Assembly (NCBI RefSeq): GCF_016790145.1
Contig: NZ_JAEUOI010000026.1
Coordinates: 19,680-83,679, forward strand
DNA length: 64,000 bases
Origin: Propionivibrio sp.
GTDB lineage: Bacteria > Pseudomonadota > Gammaproteobacteria > Burkholderiales > Rhodocyclaceae
Direction of reading: 5' to 3'
The notes beneath the pieces are model-generated. The model did no database searches. It was not told the origin of the DNA and worked only from the letters and a program-made list of their open reading frames with translations. The position numbers and the translations under genes were made by a program. Positions 30,478-40,236 of the stretch are shown here, piece by piece (position 1 is the first letter of the stretch; each line of letters starts with the position of its first letter).

Positions 30478-31361
30478 ATACTGCCAGCACACAGCCCCCA
30501 TCGCTGACGCGCTACGCCTGGCTGTCCATCGCGGCGGCCGTTGCCACCATCACGCTCAAGGGCGTGGCGTGGCAGATGACCGGTTCGGTCGGGTTGCTTT
30601 CGGACGCCATCGAATCCCTGGTCAATCTCGCCGGGGCGATGATGGCGCTGTGGATGCTGACGCTGGCGGCGCTCCCGGCGGACGACGATCACGCCCACGG
30701 ACATGGCAAGGCCGAGTATTTCTCCAGCGCTTTCGAGGGCTTCCTGATCCTCCTGGCGGCGGTCAGCATTGGCTACACCGCCATCGGGCGCCTGTTGGCT
30801 CCGCAGCCACTCGAAGCCGTGGGGCTGGGCTTGATGGTCTCGGTGCTCGCCTCGGTAATCAATTTCGCCACCGCGCGAATCTTGTTGCGCGTCGGCAAGG
30901 AACACAATTCGATCACGCTGGAAGCCGATGCGCATCACCTGATGACCGATGTGTGGACGTCGGCGGGTGTCATTGGCGGCGTCGGACTCGTGTGGATGAC
31001 CGGCTGGCTCTGGCTCGATGCGGCGATTGCCCTGCTGGTGGCGGCGAATATCGTGTGGACCGGGTTTCAGTTGATGAGCCGTTCGGCCGCCGGTCTGATG
31101 GATGTCTCCTTGCCCGCGGAAAAGCTCGCGCTGATCGAGACGCTGCTCGCCGGATACCGCGCGCAGGGGTTGGATTTCAAGGCCTTGCGCACCCGTCAGG
31201 CCGGCAGCCGCGCCTTCGTCACGCTGCACGTTCTGGTGCCTGGAGACTGGTCGGTGCAATACGGCCACGACTGGGCGGAGCGTATCGAGGTCGATATCCG
31301 TAACGCGATACAGCATGCGGATATCACGACCCACCTCGAGCCGAAGGAAGAACCGGGTTAG
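30474..31361 (+). CDS. Cation diffusion facilitator (FieF-like)
   Basis: [38 protein letters not shown]; ATGA overlap with the upstream gene. Confidence 0.9.
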   Translation: MNTASTQPPSLTRYAWLSIAAAVATITLKGVAWQMTGSVGLLSDAIESLVNLAGAMMALWMLTLAALPADDDHAHGHGKAEYFSSAFEGFLILLAAVSIGYTAIGRLLAPQPLEAVGLGLMVSVLASVINFATARILLRVGKEHNSITLEADAHHLMTDVWTSAGVIGGVGLVWMTGWLWLDAAIALLVAANIVWTGFQLMSRSAAGLMDVSLPAEKLALIETLLAGYRAQGLDFKALRTRQAGSRAFVTLHVLVPGDWSVQYGHDWAERIEVDIRNAIQHADITTHLEPKEEPG

Positions 31362-31392
31362 CCGTCAGCCAAACTCTACTGCTTTACCAACA

Positions 31393-31476
31393 AGCCACCA
31401 AGGGTAGCAAGGAGTACCAAGTAAACCATCTGGTTTTTCTGGGTGAATCTTTGCGCCCTTGGTTTCTTGGTGGTTC
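31393..31476. repeat. Degenerate palindrome built from 8-9-nt CCAAG units
   Basis: Left CCACCAAGG GTAGCAAGG AGTACCAAG; right arm reverse-complements to CCACCAAG AAACCAAG GGCGCAAAG. Confidence 0.5.
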
Positions 31477-31493
31477 GCTTTTTCGTTCCCCTG

Positions 31494-32118
31494 TTATGTG
31501 TCAGCCCCGACCCGATACTCGGCAGAGCGGGCTTGCGCCGGCAAGCCTTCGCCTCTGGCCAGCGTTGACGCGATGCGCCCCAGCGTCTTCGCTGCCGCCG
31601 CTGAAATGCGGATCAGGCTGCTACGCTTCTGAAAGTCATAAACACCGAGCGGCGATGAAAAGCGTGCGCTGCCCGAGGTTGGCAACACGTGGTTCGGCCC
31701 GGCGCAGTAGTCGCCAAGCGATCCTGAAGTATACGGACCGATGAAGATGGCGCCGGCGTGGTCGATCTTCTCCACCCAGTCCCCGGCATCGGCCAGGGAA
31801 AGCTCAAGGTGCTCCGGCGCGATGCGGTTGGCGATGGCGCAGGCTTCGTCGAGATCGCGTACCTCGATCAATGCGCCGTGATTTTCCAGCGAAACGCGAA
31901 TCACGTCCCGGCGCGGCATGCCCGGAAGCTGTTTTTCGATGGACCGGGCAACGCGCTCGATGTAGTCCGCGTCGGGACAGAGCAGAATCGACTGCGCCAG
32001 TTCGTCGTGCTCGGCCTGCGAGAAGAGATCCATCCCCGGCGACCATGTCGATACCGGCCACGCCAAACACGCGACGCTTGGCAGCGGCAACGTAAGCATT
32101 GCCGGGGCCGACGATCTT
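31494..32118 (-). pseudogene. hisD: 3' fragment of histidinol dehydrogenase with internal frameshifting deletion
   Basis: [25 protein letters not shown] in one frame, [10 protein letters not shown]...APEHLEL...[13 protein letters not shown] in another; intervening PSE segment and 5' half missing. Confidence 0.85.
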
Positions 32119-32119
32119 G

Positions 32120-32476
32120 ATTGGAGCGTCGTCGAGAACTGCCGACGCAAGGGCGGGGGCATCGTGTAACGGCACGTGCTGTACCTGGGCGAGATCAACG
32201 ACGCGCAGCGCGCCGCCTGGTGCAAAACGATCGACGTACTTGAAGGCAGCGGCTGCGACACCAGGCAAATAGCGATTTTCCCGGAAGACCGACCAGCGCC
32301 GGAGTTAGACTGTGCGGTAGTCCAAGTGCGCCTGGACCCATTGCGGCTGGAGCGGCCATGGCAATGGGGTTCCAGCTGGTTAGCGCGGGAGTTTTGGAGT
32401 GGGCTGCAACTTGACGAGGATCTGGGCGTGGCGCAACCGGACACGCGGTACCTCTGCATGGACAAGCGGGTCGCCC
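32120..32476 (+). mobile_element. IS1634-family transposase N-terminal remnant
   Basis: [28 protein letters not shown]...WQWG..WLA..LQLDE then [13 protein letters not shown]; in-frame TAA 32167 and internal deletion. Confidence 0.75.
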
Positions 32477-32477
32477 G

Positions 32478-32804
32478 CAATAGTGGGCTCCAATCAGCTG
32501 AACTGCTGTGGCGCACAGAGTTTGATCCAGCACTCGGTTTGAGGCTCTGCCTGCTTCTTGCTGACCAATCCGCCTATCCCTTCCGCGGGATAACACTCCG
32601 CCAGCCGCTTCACTTGACGGGCGCCGACACCCTTCCGGTTCGATGCTTCTTGCCGGCTGATCTTGCTTCTTTTCAGAAGATCCAATACCTGGGCACGTTT
32701 CACTTCCTTTTGACTCATGCGCTTGTCCATCTTGAAAATATCCACCGTCAGTTTTAACAGGGGTGAGTCAAGCCACCTGCGGACATTTCTACTTGGGGCT
32801 AACA
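32478..32804 (-). mobile_element. ISNCY-type transposase 5' remnant with candidate left inverted repeat
   Basis: MSQKEVKRAQVLDLLK..ISRQEA...RQVKRL, frameshift into GRASNR..LIGAHY; end TGTTAGCCCCAAGTAGAAATGTCC at 32804-32781. Confidence 0.7.
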
Positions 32805-32879
32805 CAGTGATCAAGTCATATTTTCTCATGAGCGGAATATGCTTTAAACTCATTGCCACGCCCGCTATCAGGAAAAACA

Positions 32880-33683
32880 ATGGAAGAAAGCGAAGCTCAG
32901 GTCGATTCAGAGCATTCCCCTCCTCAATTCGAACTCGATCAATCCGACGTCTACAGCCAGTTTTTGCTGCACTCGAAGGCGGAAATCCTTGCTGTGCTCC
33001 GCGCCCTGTTAAAGAAGGGAGCGATGATCACGGTCCATTTCGACCAGGGTCATTCTTTCCTGCTCACGTCGATCATCGGCCTGAGCGCAGACAATCACGA
33101 GTTTGTCCTCGATATTGGCAGCGATGAAGAGATGAACCGCAGGGCGCTGCTGGCTGAAAGGCTGATTTTCACGTCCCTTATCGACAAGGTGAAGGTTCAA
33201 TTCAGTCTGAACAAGTTGTCGTCAACAACGAGTGAGGGGCGTGCCGCATTTCTCGCTACCGTGCCTGATACAGTGCTCCGCTTGCAGCGCCGCGAGTTTT
33301 ATCGGCTGTCCACACCGATCGCCAACCCGGTCAAACTCAAGGCCACGGTCAGGCGCGCCGACGATAGCGTGATGCAAATCGAACTGCCGCTGACGGATAT
33401 CAGCGGTGGTGGTGTTGGCTTGATGGCAACGCTCGATCAGGCCCGACTTTTCCAGCGCGGCGATACGCTGCACGAGTGCAAATTGATGTTGCCTGACGAG
33501 GGTTTGCTGGTGGCGACGCTGTGCGTTCGCAACCTGTTTGACGTCACCACACGCGGCGGGTCGCACTTTGCTCGCGTCGGCTGCGAATTCGTGGGATTGC
33601 CCGCTCCCCGACTGACCATGGTTCAGCGTTACATCACTCGCGTCGAGCGCGAACGCAAGGCACGCGTGACCGGTATGAACTGA
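32880..33683 (+). CDS. ycgR: Flagellar brake protein, c-di-GMP-binding PilZ domain
   Basis: QRREFYR (RxxxR) and DISGGG motifs, YcgR-like N-terminus. Confidence 0.88.
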   Translation: MEESEAQVDSEHSPPQFELDQSDVYSQFLLHSKAEILAVLRALLKKGAMITVHFDQGHSFLLTSIIGLSADNHEFVLDIGSDEEMNRRALLAERLIFTSLIDKVKVQFSLNKLSSTTSEGRAAFLATVPDTVLRLQRREFYRLSTPIANPVKLKATVRRADDSVMQIELPLTDISGGGVGLMATLDQARLFQRGDTLHECKLMLPDEGLLVATLCVRNLFDVTTRGGSHFARVGCEFVGLPAPRLTMVQRYITRVERERKARVTGMN

Positions 33684-33738
33684 TGCAACAAGGGCGCCGC
33701 ACGGGCGCCGTTGATCACGCACATCCGGAGAAGACGCT

Positions 33739-34062
33739 TTAAACCTGCATGTTCATTACGTCGTGGTAGGCAGAAACGAGCTTGTTACGTACCTGCACCA
33801 TTTCCTGAAAAGAAATGTTGGCCTTCTGCAGGGAAATCATGACCTCGTGCAGATTGGCATTGCCGTCTCCGGCGGCAAAATTTGCCGCCATCCCTTCCGC
33901 CTGCTGCTGCGTCTGATTGACCTGATCAATCGAATTCTTAAGGATCTGCGCAAAATCCGCCCCACCCGCCGGTGCGCTCTGTGCCTCGGCTACACGGCCA
34001 CCGGCCTGTGCTGCCGTCGCCCGCAAAACGCTTAACATCTGATCTATGCCCTGGGTTTCCAT
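33739..34062 (-). CDS. fliE: Hook-basal body protein FliE
   Basis: LHEVMISLQKANISFQEMVQVRNKLVSAYHDVMNMQV. Confidence 0.95.
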   Translation of the reverse strand: METQGIDQMLSVLRATAAQAGGRVAEAQSAPAGGADFAQILKNSIDQVNQTQQQAEGMAANFAAGDGNANLHEVMISLQKANISFQEMVQVRNKLVSAYHDVMNMQV

Positions 34063-34093
34063 TTGCTTCTCCAAATACTGGTCTTACTGTCCT

Positions 34094-34112
34094 ATGCAAA
34101 AAGCGCGCCTGA
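34094..34112 (-). promoter_or_regulatory. sigma54 promoter of fliE
   Basis: CAGGCGCGCTTTTTGCAT, GG-N10-GC. Confidence 0.65.
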
Positions 34113-34131
34113 TGGCTTGGCGCCTAGTCGA

Positions 34132-35505
34132 TCACTCGTCGAACAAACCGGCGTCACGGTATTGTTTGAGTTTGTAACGCAAGGTTCGTTCCGACATTCC
34201 CAGACGCTCGCCAGCAAGTTTCCGTGAGCCGCCGAGCAAAGCCAGCGTTTCCAGAATATGCTCACGCTCCAAATCCCTCATGTTATCGGTTTTTTGCCCA
34301 TCAGACAGTAGCGCCGAAGAGACCGTTGCCAAAGCCTCAGCTATAGCGCCCTGTTTTACCCCGTCATTCGAAAATGCCGTCGCGGAAAGATGCAGCGCAT
34401 CGGCTTCGACGATTTCTGACGGGGCAAAAATTACGGCACGCTGCATGACATTTTCCAGCTCGCGCACGTTTCCCGGCCACGCATGTTTGAGCAAGGCGTC
34501 CTCGGCTGAGGGCGCCAGCCACAGCCCGGATCGCCTGGACCGAGCGCCATGCTCCGCCAGAAAATGCCGCGCCATCGGGACAATGTCTTCGCGGCGCTGG
34601 CGCAAGGCCGGAATCAACAAGGGAAAAACATTGAGCCGATAATAGACGTCTTCGCGCAAAACCCCCTTGGCCACGGCCTCGGCCATGTCTCGATTGGACG
34701 TCGCGATAATGCGAATGTCGAGCGCAACCGGCTTCTTGCCGCCCACCCGCTCAACCTCGCGCTCCTGAAGAACACGTAGCAGCTTGGCTTGCAGCCCGAG
34801 CGGCATTTCGGTCACTTCATCAAGCAATAGCGTTCCGTTTTGCGCCTGCTCGAACTTTCCGGCCTGCGCCTGCTGTGCGCCGGTAAAGGCACCTTTTTCG
34901 TAGCCGAAAAGAGTCGCTTCCAGCAGACTGTCAGGAATGGCCGCACAGTTGATGGCAATAAAGGGCCCGGATCGACGTGCCGAATGCTTGTGAATGTAGC
35001 GGGCAACAACTTCCTTGCCGACTCCGCTTTCCCCGGTCAACAAAACGGTGGTGTCGGTCTGCGCGACACGCGCCGCCAGGGCAAAGAGATTGCGGCTGAC
35101 CAGATCGTTGGCGACTACCCGGTCATCGTCCATGGCTTCGGGCAAACGGTAGCGGGTCACGTGTTCGAGCAGCGCCTTCGGTTCGAAAGGCTTGAGCAGG
35201 AAGTCACAGGCGCCGGAACGCATGGCTTCGACCGCCCGATCGACATCGGCGAAAGCGGTCATCAGCACTACCGGGAGATGTGGATAACGGCTGCGAATCT
35301 CCTTGAGCAGCGTAATGCCATCGATCGGCATCATTCGCACATCGCTCACCACCAGCGACACGGCCTGCGCATCGAGCAGTTTCAGTGCCTCCTCGCCTCC
35401 CGGCGCGGAAACGACCGACTGCCCGGCAAGTTCGAGCGTATCGCACACCGCTTCGCGCAAATTGGGGTCGTCTTCGACAACCAGTATCGGTAATCCCTGA
35501 GCCAT
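34132..35505 (-). CDS. fleR: sigma54-dependent response regulator, FleR/FlrC-like
   Basis: Receiver, GESGVGKE, ATLFGYEKGAFTGA, WPGNVRELEN, C-terminal HTH; paired with fleS next to fliE. Confidence 0.85.
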   Translation of the reverse strand: MAQGLPILVVEDDPNLREAVCDTLELAGQSVVSAPGGEEALKLLDAQAVSLVVSDVRMMPIDGITLLKEIRSRYPHLPVVLMTAFADVDRAVEAMRSGACDFLLKPFEPKALLEHVTRYRLPEAMDDDRVVANDLVSRNLFALAARVAQTDTTVLLTGESGVGKEVVARYIHKHSARRSGPFIAINCAAIPDSLLEATLFGYEKGAFTGAQQAQAGKFEQAQNGTLLLDEVTEMPLGLQAKLLRVLQEREVERVGGKKPVALDIRIIATSNRDMAEAVAKGVLREDVYYRLNVFPLLIPALRQRREDIVPMARHFLAEHGARSRRSGLWLAPSAEDALLKHAWPGNVRELENVMQRAVIFAPSEIVEADALHLSATAFSNDGVKQGAIAEALATVSSALLSDGQKTDNMRDLEREHILETLALLGGSRKLAGERLGMSERTLRYKLKQYRDAGLFDE

Positions 35506-35515
35506 TATTTTCCAG

Positions 35516-36700
35516 TTAATGTTTGTTCGCCACCGCACAAGGCAGAAGGACTACGAACTCCGAGCCCTCGCCCGGCATTGAACTGACTTCAATGGTGCCG
35601 CCGTGAGCGCGCACAACACCGAGCGCAATCGCCAGACCGAGGCCTGTACCCTGCCCCCGGGTAGTAAAGAAGGGCTCGAAAATCCTGGCCTGTGCTTCCG
35701 GCTCGATACCCCCGCCGGTATCGCGCACGCTGACCCGCAGGTTCCGCGCAGCGATGACCGCGCTTAATCTGACCTCTGCGCTGCGTTCAGTTCGCCCGTC
35801 ACAGGCCTGCAGTGCGTTTTCCAGCAGATTCAACAACGCACCACCCAGCGCCTTGCGACTGCCGGTAACAATAGAGTCGCCCACCTCGGAACTGACGGTG
35901 AAACAGATCCCTTTTTCGCGGCACAGGGGTTCCATTATCTGTGCGGCATCTGCAATCAGCGATGCGGCAGGGATGACATCTCGGCCAATGCTCTCGCCGC
36001 GCGCGAAAAGCAGAACGTCCTGAATCAGCCGCTCAAGGCGCTTGAGTTGCTCGCTCGCCTTGCCGGCAAAGCGCGTACGCGCCGCGTCGGAAAGTTCCGG
36101 CTGGGTCAGGTTGGAACTATAGAGCAAGGCCGTCGCCAGGGGCGTTCGCAACTGGTGCGCCAGTGACGCGGCCATCTCGCCCATCGCCGCCAGTCGCTGG
36201 TTGCGCTCGAGGTTGGCCTTGAGTTCGTGCGCGACCGTAATATCGTGAATCAGCAGCAGGCGTCCACCCGCCGAATCAAGCGGGCTTTCGGCAATTGAAA
36301 CTCGCTGTGCTGCAAGCTGCCACTCGTCCGGGGAATCGGTAGCGGCAAGCTTCGCCAGTGCCAGTGTCGGCCAGTCGCTGCCGATGATTGTTGCGCCAAG
36401 CATTTGACTGGCAACGGGATTGGCTTCGCTGACCGTCGCTGCGCTGTCGAGAACCACCACGCCCGCCGGCAAGGCGTTAAGCAACAGGGAAAGGCGTTCG
36501 GATAGCGCTTGTTTCTCCTGGTATTGCCGACGCAACTCGCCGTTGGCAACGGCCAGCTCGGCGGTCAGCGATTCAACGCGGGCTTGCAGCCCTTCGTACG
36601 CCTGAGTGAGTTCCTGCGATACCTGATTGAAGACGTCGAAAGCACGCTGCAATTCCTGCGCCTTCATTTCTGGGGCCGGTATTTGAGCCGCTTCACTCAT
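35516..36700 (-). CDS. fleS: Cytoplasmic PAS histidine kinase, FleS/FlrB-like
   Basis: LPAGVVVLD, AHQLRTPL, NLLENALQA, EPFFTTRGQGTGLGL. Confidence 0.85.
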   Translation of the reverse strand: MSEAAQIPAPEMKAQELQRAFDVFNQVSQELTQAYEGLQARVESLTAELAVANGELRRQYQEKQALSERLSLLLNALPAGVVVLDSAATVSEANPVASQMLGATIIGSDWPTLALAKLAATDSPDEWQLAAQRVSIAESPLDSAGGRLLLIHDITVAHELKANLERNQRLAAMGEMAASLAHQLRTPLATALLYSSNLTQPELSDAARTRFAGKASEQLKRLERLIQDVLLFARGESIGRDVIPAASLIADAAQIMEPLCREKGICFTVSSEVGDSIVTGSRKALGGALLNLLENALQACDGRTERSAEVRLSAVIAARNLRVSVRDTGGGIEPEAQARIFEPFFTTRGQGTGLGLAIALGVVRAHGGTIEVSSMPGEGSEFVVLLPCAVANKH

Positions 36701-36804
36701 TCGATGGAAAATCCCGTGCAGTTAACAGCTACAATAGTAGAATATTTCTTAGCACTTTTCGCTTTTTGCTTGATTAATCGCAGAGTTCACACTTTATCGC
36801 AAGC

Positions 36805-38529
36805 ATGGCGGCAATCGGAACCAACACCAAGACTACAACAGGCACAGACAATCTGACAGATCGCCTGCGCTCTACACTCGCGCGTTTGAGCAACCAGCAA
36901 AAGATTCTGCTGATGGTTTCTGTCGCCGCCGTCATTGCCCTGATCGTGGCCGGCAGCACTTGGCTCAAGCAGGCCGACTACCGTGTTCTTTTCTCCAACA
37001 TCTCCGAGCGTGATGGCGGCGCCATCATCGCCTCCCTTGAGCAGTTGAACATTCCTTACCGCTTCAATGAAAGTGGCGGCGCCATCCTGATCCCCGGCGG
37101 CAGGGTACATGAAGTTCGTCTGCGCCTTGCTTCGCAGGGCTTGCCGAAGGGTGGCGGCGTCGGTTTCGAGCTGATGGAAAACCAGAAGTTTGGCATCAGC
37201 CAGTTTGCCGAACAGGTCAATTATCAACGGGGTCTGGAGGGCGAATTGTCACGCACGATCCAGTCGATTGCTGCCGTTCAGGTGGCGCGCGTGCATCTGG
37301 CCATCCCCAAGCCAACCGTTTTCGTGCGTGAAGATTTGCGGCCGTCAGCCTCCGTCCTGCTCAACCTGTACCCCGGTCGCATGCTGGAGCCGGCGCAGGT
37401 TGCCGGCATCCAAAATCTGGTCGCTGCCAGCGTACCCAACCTTGCGGTGTCCAGTGTCACACTCATCGATCAGAACGGCACCATGCTCTCGCAACTGAAA
37501 AGCAAACTGATGGAGGCCGGACTCGATCCGACGCAAATCAGTTATGTTCAGGAAATTGAAGCGAGTGCCATCAAGCGGATAGACGACATTCTTTCACCGA
37601 TCGTCGGCCAGGGGAACGTCCGTGTCCAGGTTGCCGCCGATGTTGATTTCTCGCAGAGTGAGCAGACAGCCGAAATACATCGCCCGAACACCACGCCGCC
37701 GGACATCAGCATTCGCAGCCAGCAGACCAGCGAATCCGTAAATGCCATACCTTCGGCGCAAGGCGTTCCGGGCGCGCTAAGCAACCAGCCGCCGGTACCA
37801 GCCATTGCCCCGTTGACGCTGCCGGCTGTACCACCCGCTCCAGGCGCTGCCGCCAACCGGGGCCAGCAAGCCTTGCCGCCGGGCCAGCTTGACGCCGCCG
37901 GGGTTCAGGCGCCGATCACCAGCGTTGGCTCGCCGATCAGTACGCGCAAGGATTCGACCATCAATTATGAGGTCGACAAGACCATCCGGCATACCAGACA
38001 ATCCGTCGGTACAATTAAGCGACTGTCGGCCGCTGTCGTGCTCAATCACCGCAAGGATGCCAAAGGCCTGAGCAAGCCGCTCGCTGACACCGAACTCAAA
38101 CAGATCAACGAGCTGGTCAAGGAGGCCATGGGTTTCAACAAGGAGCGTGGCGATACCGTCTCGGTGGCCAACGCGCCATTTACGAGCATCGAGCGTAGTG
38201 ATTCGGGAATTCCGCTGTGGAAGGATCCTGACATTCTCTCCCTGCTCAAGGACCTTATTAAGTACGGTGTCATTGCTGCCATCATTGCCTATTTGATGCT
38301 CAAGGTCGTTATCCCGCTGAGCAAGACCCTTCTTGAAACCCCGGCAAGGCAGGCTAACAATTCGCTGGGTGGCAAGGTCAACATCGTCGCCGACGAAGGG
38401 GAAGAACAGACACCTTCCGGCGCACAGTCTCTGGAACGTAAACTCGGTCAGGCGCGCGACCTCGCACAGCAGGATCCGAAGGTTGTCGCCAACATCATCA
38501 AGGACTGGACGGGCTCCAATGCCAGTTGA
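36805..38529 (+). CDS. fliF: M-ring protein FliF
   Basis: GFELMENQKFGISQF, NYQRGLEGELSRTI, ARVHLAIP. Confidence 0.97.
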   Translation: MAAIGTNTKTTTGTDNLTDRLRSTLARLSNQQKILLMVSVAAVIALIVAGSTWLKQADYRVLFSNISERDGGAIIASLEQLNIPYRFNESGGAILIPGGRVHEVRLRLASQGLPKGGGVGFELMENQKFGISQFAEQVNYQRGLEGELSRTIQSIAAVQVARVHLAIPKPTVFVREDLRPSASVLLNLYPGRMLEPAQVAGIQNLVAASVPNLAVSSVTLIDQNGTMLSQLKSKLMEAGLDPTQISYVQEIEASAIKRIDDILSPIVGQGNVRVQVAADVDFSQSEQTAEIHRPNTTPPDISIRSQQTSESVNAIPSAQGVPGALSNQPPVPAIAPLTLPAVPPAPGAAANRGQQALPPGQLDAAGVQAPITSVGSPISTRKDSTINYEVDKTIRHTRQSVGTIKRLSAAVVLNHRKDAKGLSKPLADTELKQINELVKEAMGFNKERGDTVSVANAPFTSIERSDSGIPLWKDPDILSLLKDLIKYGVIAAIIAYLMLKVVIPLSKTLLETPARQANNSLGGKVNIVADEGEEQTPSGAQSLERKLGQARDLAQQDPKVVANIIKDWTGSNAS

Positions 38530-39517
38530 GGACGGCGTAGAAAAAAGCGCCATTCTGCTCATTGCACTTGGCGAAGACTTCGCTTCCGAAGTGCTCAAGC
38601 ATCTCGGCCCGAAGGAGGTACAAAAGCTCGGGCATGCCATGGCCGCCCTGAAGTCGGTACCGCGCACCCGCGTTGAAGCGGTGCTGGCAGATTTCCACCA
38701 GACGGCCCGCGACTCCGCCGCTGTGCACGTGGATACCGACGCCTATGTTCGCTCAGTACTGACCAAAGCGCTGGGCGATGATAAGGCGTCGAACCTGATT
38801 TCACGCATCCTCCAGGGTGGTGAAACCAATGGCATCGAAGGCCTCAAGTGGATGGACGCGCCAACCGTTGCCGATCTCATCCGCAATGAACACCCGCAGA
38901 TCATTGCCACCATTCTCGTGCATCTTGAGAATGATCATGCCAGCGACATTCTAAACCACTTTACCGAACGCCTGCGTAACGACGTGATATTGCGTATCGC
39001 TACGCTTGAAGGCATTCAGCCTGAGGCGTTGAAAGAGTTGAATGACGTCATGCTGCGCCTGCTCTCGGGTTCTGCCAATATCAAGAAATCGGCGATGGGC
39101 GGTGTGCGCGCGGTTGCTGAAATTCTTAATTTCATGGGCACCGCCAATGAAACCACAGTCGTCGACTCGATCCGTGAATATGACCCCGAACTGGCGCAGA
39201 AAATTCTCGACGAAATGTTCGTCTTCGAGAACCTGCTTGATCTTGACGACCGCGGTATCCAGTTGCTGCTGCGCGAGATTCAGTCCGACTCGCTGATTCT
39301 GGCCATGAAGGGCGCTTCCGAGCCGTTGCGCGAGAAAATATTCAAGAACATGTCGCAGCGTGCGGCTGAAATGTTGCGTGAAGATCTCGAATCGCGTGGC
39401 CCGGTACGCCTCTCCGAAGTCGAAGGCGAACAGAAGGAAATCCTCAAGATCGTTCGCCGCCTGGCAGACGAGGGCCAGATCGTGCTTGGCGGTGCGGGTG
39501 GCGAGGAAATGGTCTGA
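38519..39517 (+). CDS. fliG: Motor switch protein FliG
   Basis: EKSAILL, EHPQIIATIL, MSQRAAEMLRED; start reset to ATG 38519. Confidence 0.97.
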   Translation: MPVEDGVEKSAILLIALGEDFASEVLKHLGPKEVQKLGHAMAALKSVPRTRVEAVLADFHQTARDSAAVHVDTDAYVRSVLTKALGDDKASNLISRILQGGETNGIEGLKWMDAPTVADLIRNEHPQIIATILVHLENDHASDILNHFTERLRNDVILRIATLEGIQPEALKELNDVMLRLLSGSANIKKSAMGGVRAVAEILNFMGTANETTVVDSIREYDPELAQKILDEMFVFENLLDLDDRGIQLLLREIQSDSLILAMKGASEPLREKIFKNMSQRAAEMLREDLESRGPVRLSEVEGEQKEILKIVRRLADEGQIVLGGAGGEEMV

Positions 39518-39530
39518 GCGCGTTGTGGCC

Positions 39531-40223
39531 ATGACCGGATTCGTCCCCAAGGAGAATCTCACCGCCTACCAGCGCTGGGAGCTAGCTGCATTCGACGAGG
39601 CCGAGCAGGCCGCCGCGCATAAGTCCCATTCAGCGTCCATCCCAACCAGCGCAGGATGCCCGACCGAGCACGCGGATCGGGACGAACCCACATCGCTTGC
39701 CTTGCCTACGGCAGCCGACATTGAGCGAATGCATATTGATGCCCACCAGCAGGGATACACCGCCGGCCATGCGGAAGGTATCGCTGAAGCACGAGCCAGC
39801 GCGGCAAGAATTGATGCCGTGATGACCAGCCTGCAGCTCGCACTCAGCGAACTTGATCAACAGGTTGCCGACCAGTTGCTGGCCACCGCCGTGGAAATTG
39901 CCAGCCAGATGTTGCGCCAGAGCCTGCGCGTCAAACCGGAGTTGCTGCTTCCGGTGGTCAGGGAAGCGGTGGCCACGCTGCATCCACATCTTGGCCACCC
40001 GGCACTTTTCGCCCATCCCGACGATGCGGCGTTGATCCGTACCCATCTTGGCGACCAGCTCACGCAAAACAACTGGCGAATTATCGAAGACGCCACACTG
40101 AGCAGCGGCGGCTGTCGCGTCGAACTTGGCGCGAGTGAAGTCGACGCCACCCTGGAGACACGCTGGCGACGTGTGATCGAATCCATCGGCATCAGCCAGG
40201 AGTGGCTGAGCGACAAACCGTGA
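39531..40223 (+). CDS. fliH: Export protein FliH
   Basis: [26 protein letters not shown]. Confidence 0.92.
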   Translation: MTGFVPKENLTAYQRWELAAFDEAEQAAAHKSHSASIPTSAGCPTEHADRDEPTSLALPTAADIERMHIDAHQQGYTAGHAEGIAEARASAARIDAVMTSLQLALSELDQQVADQLLATAVEIASQMLRQSLRVKPELLLPVVREAVATLHPHLGHPALFAHPDDAALIRTHLGDQLTQNNWRIIEDATLSSGGCRVELGASEVDATLETRWRRVIESIGISQEWLSDKP

Positions 40224-40236
40224 AATTCTGCTGGCC

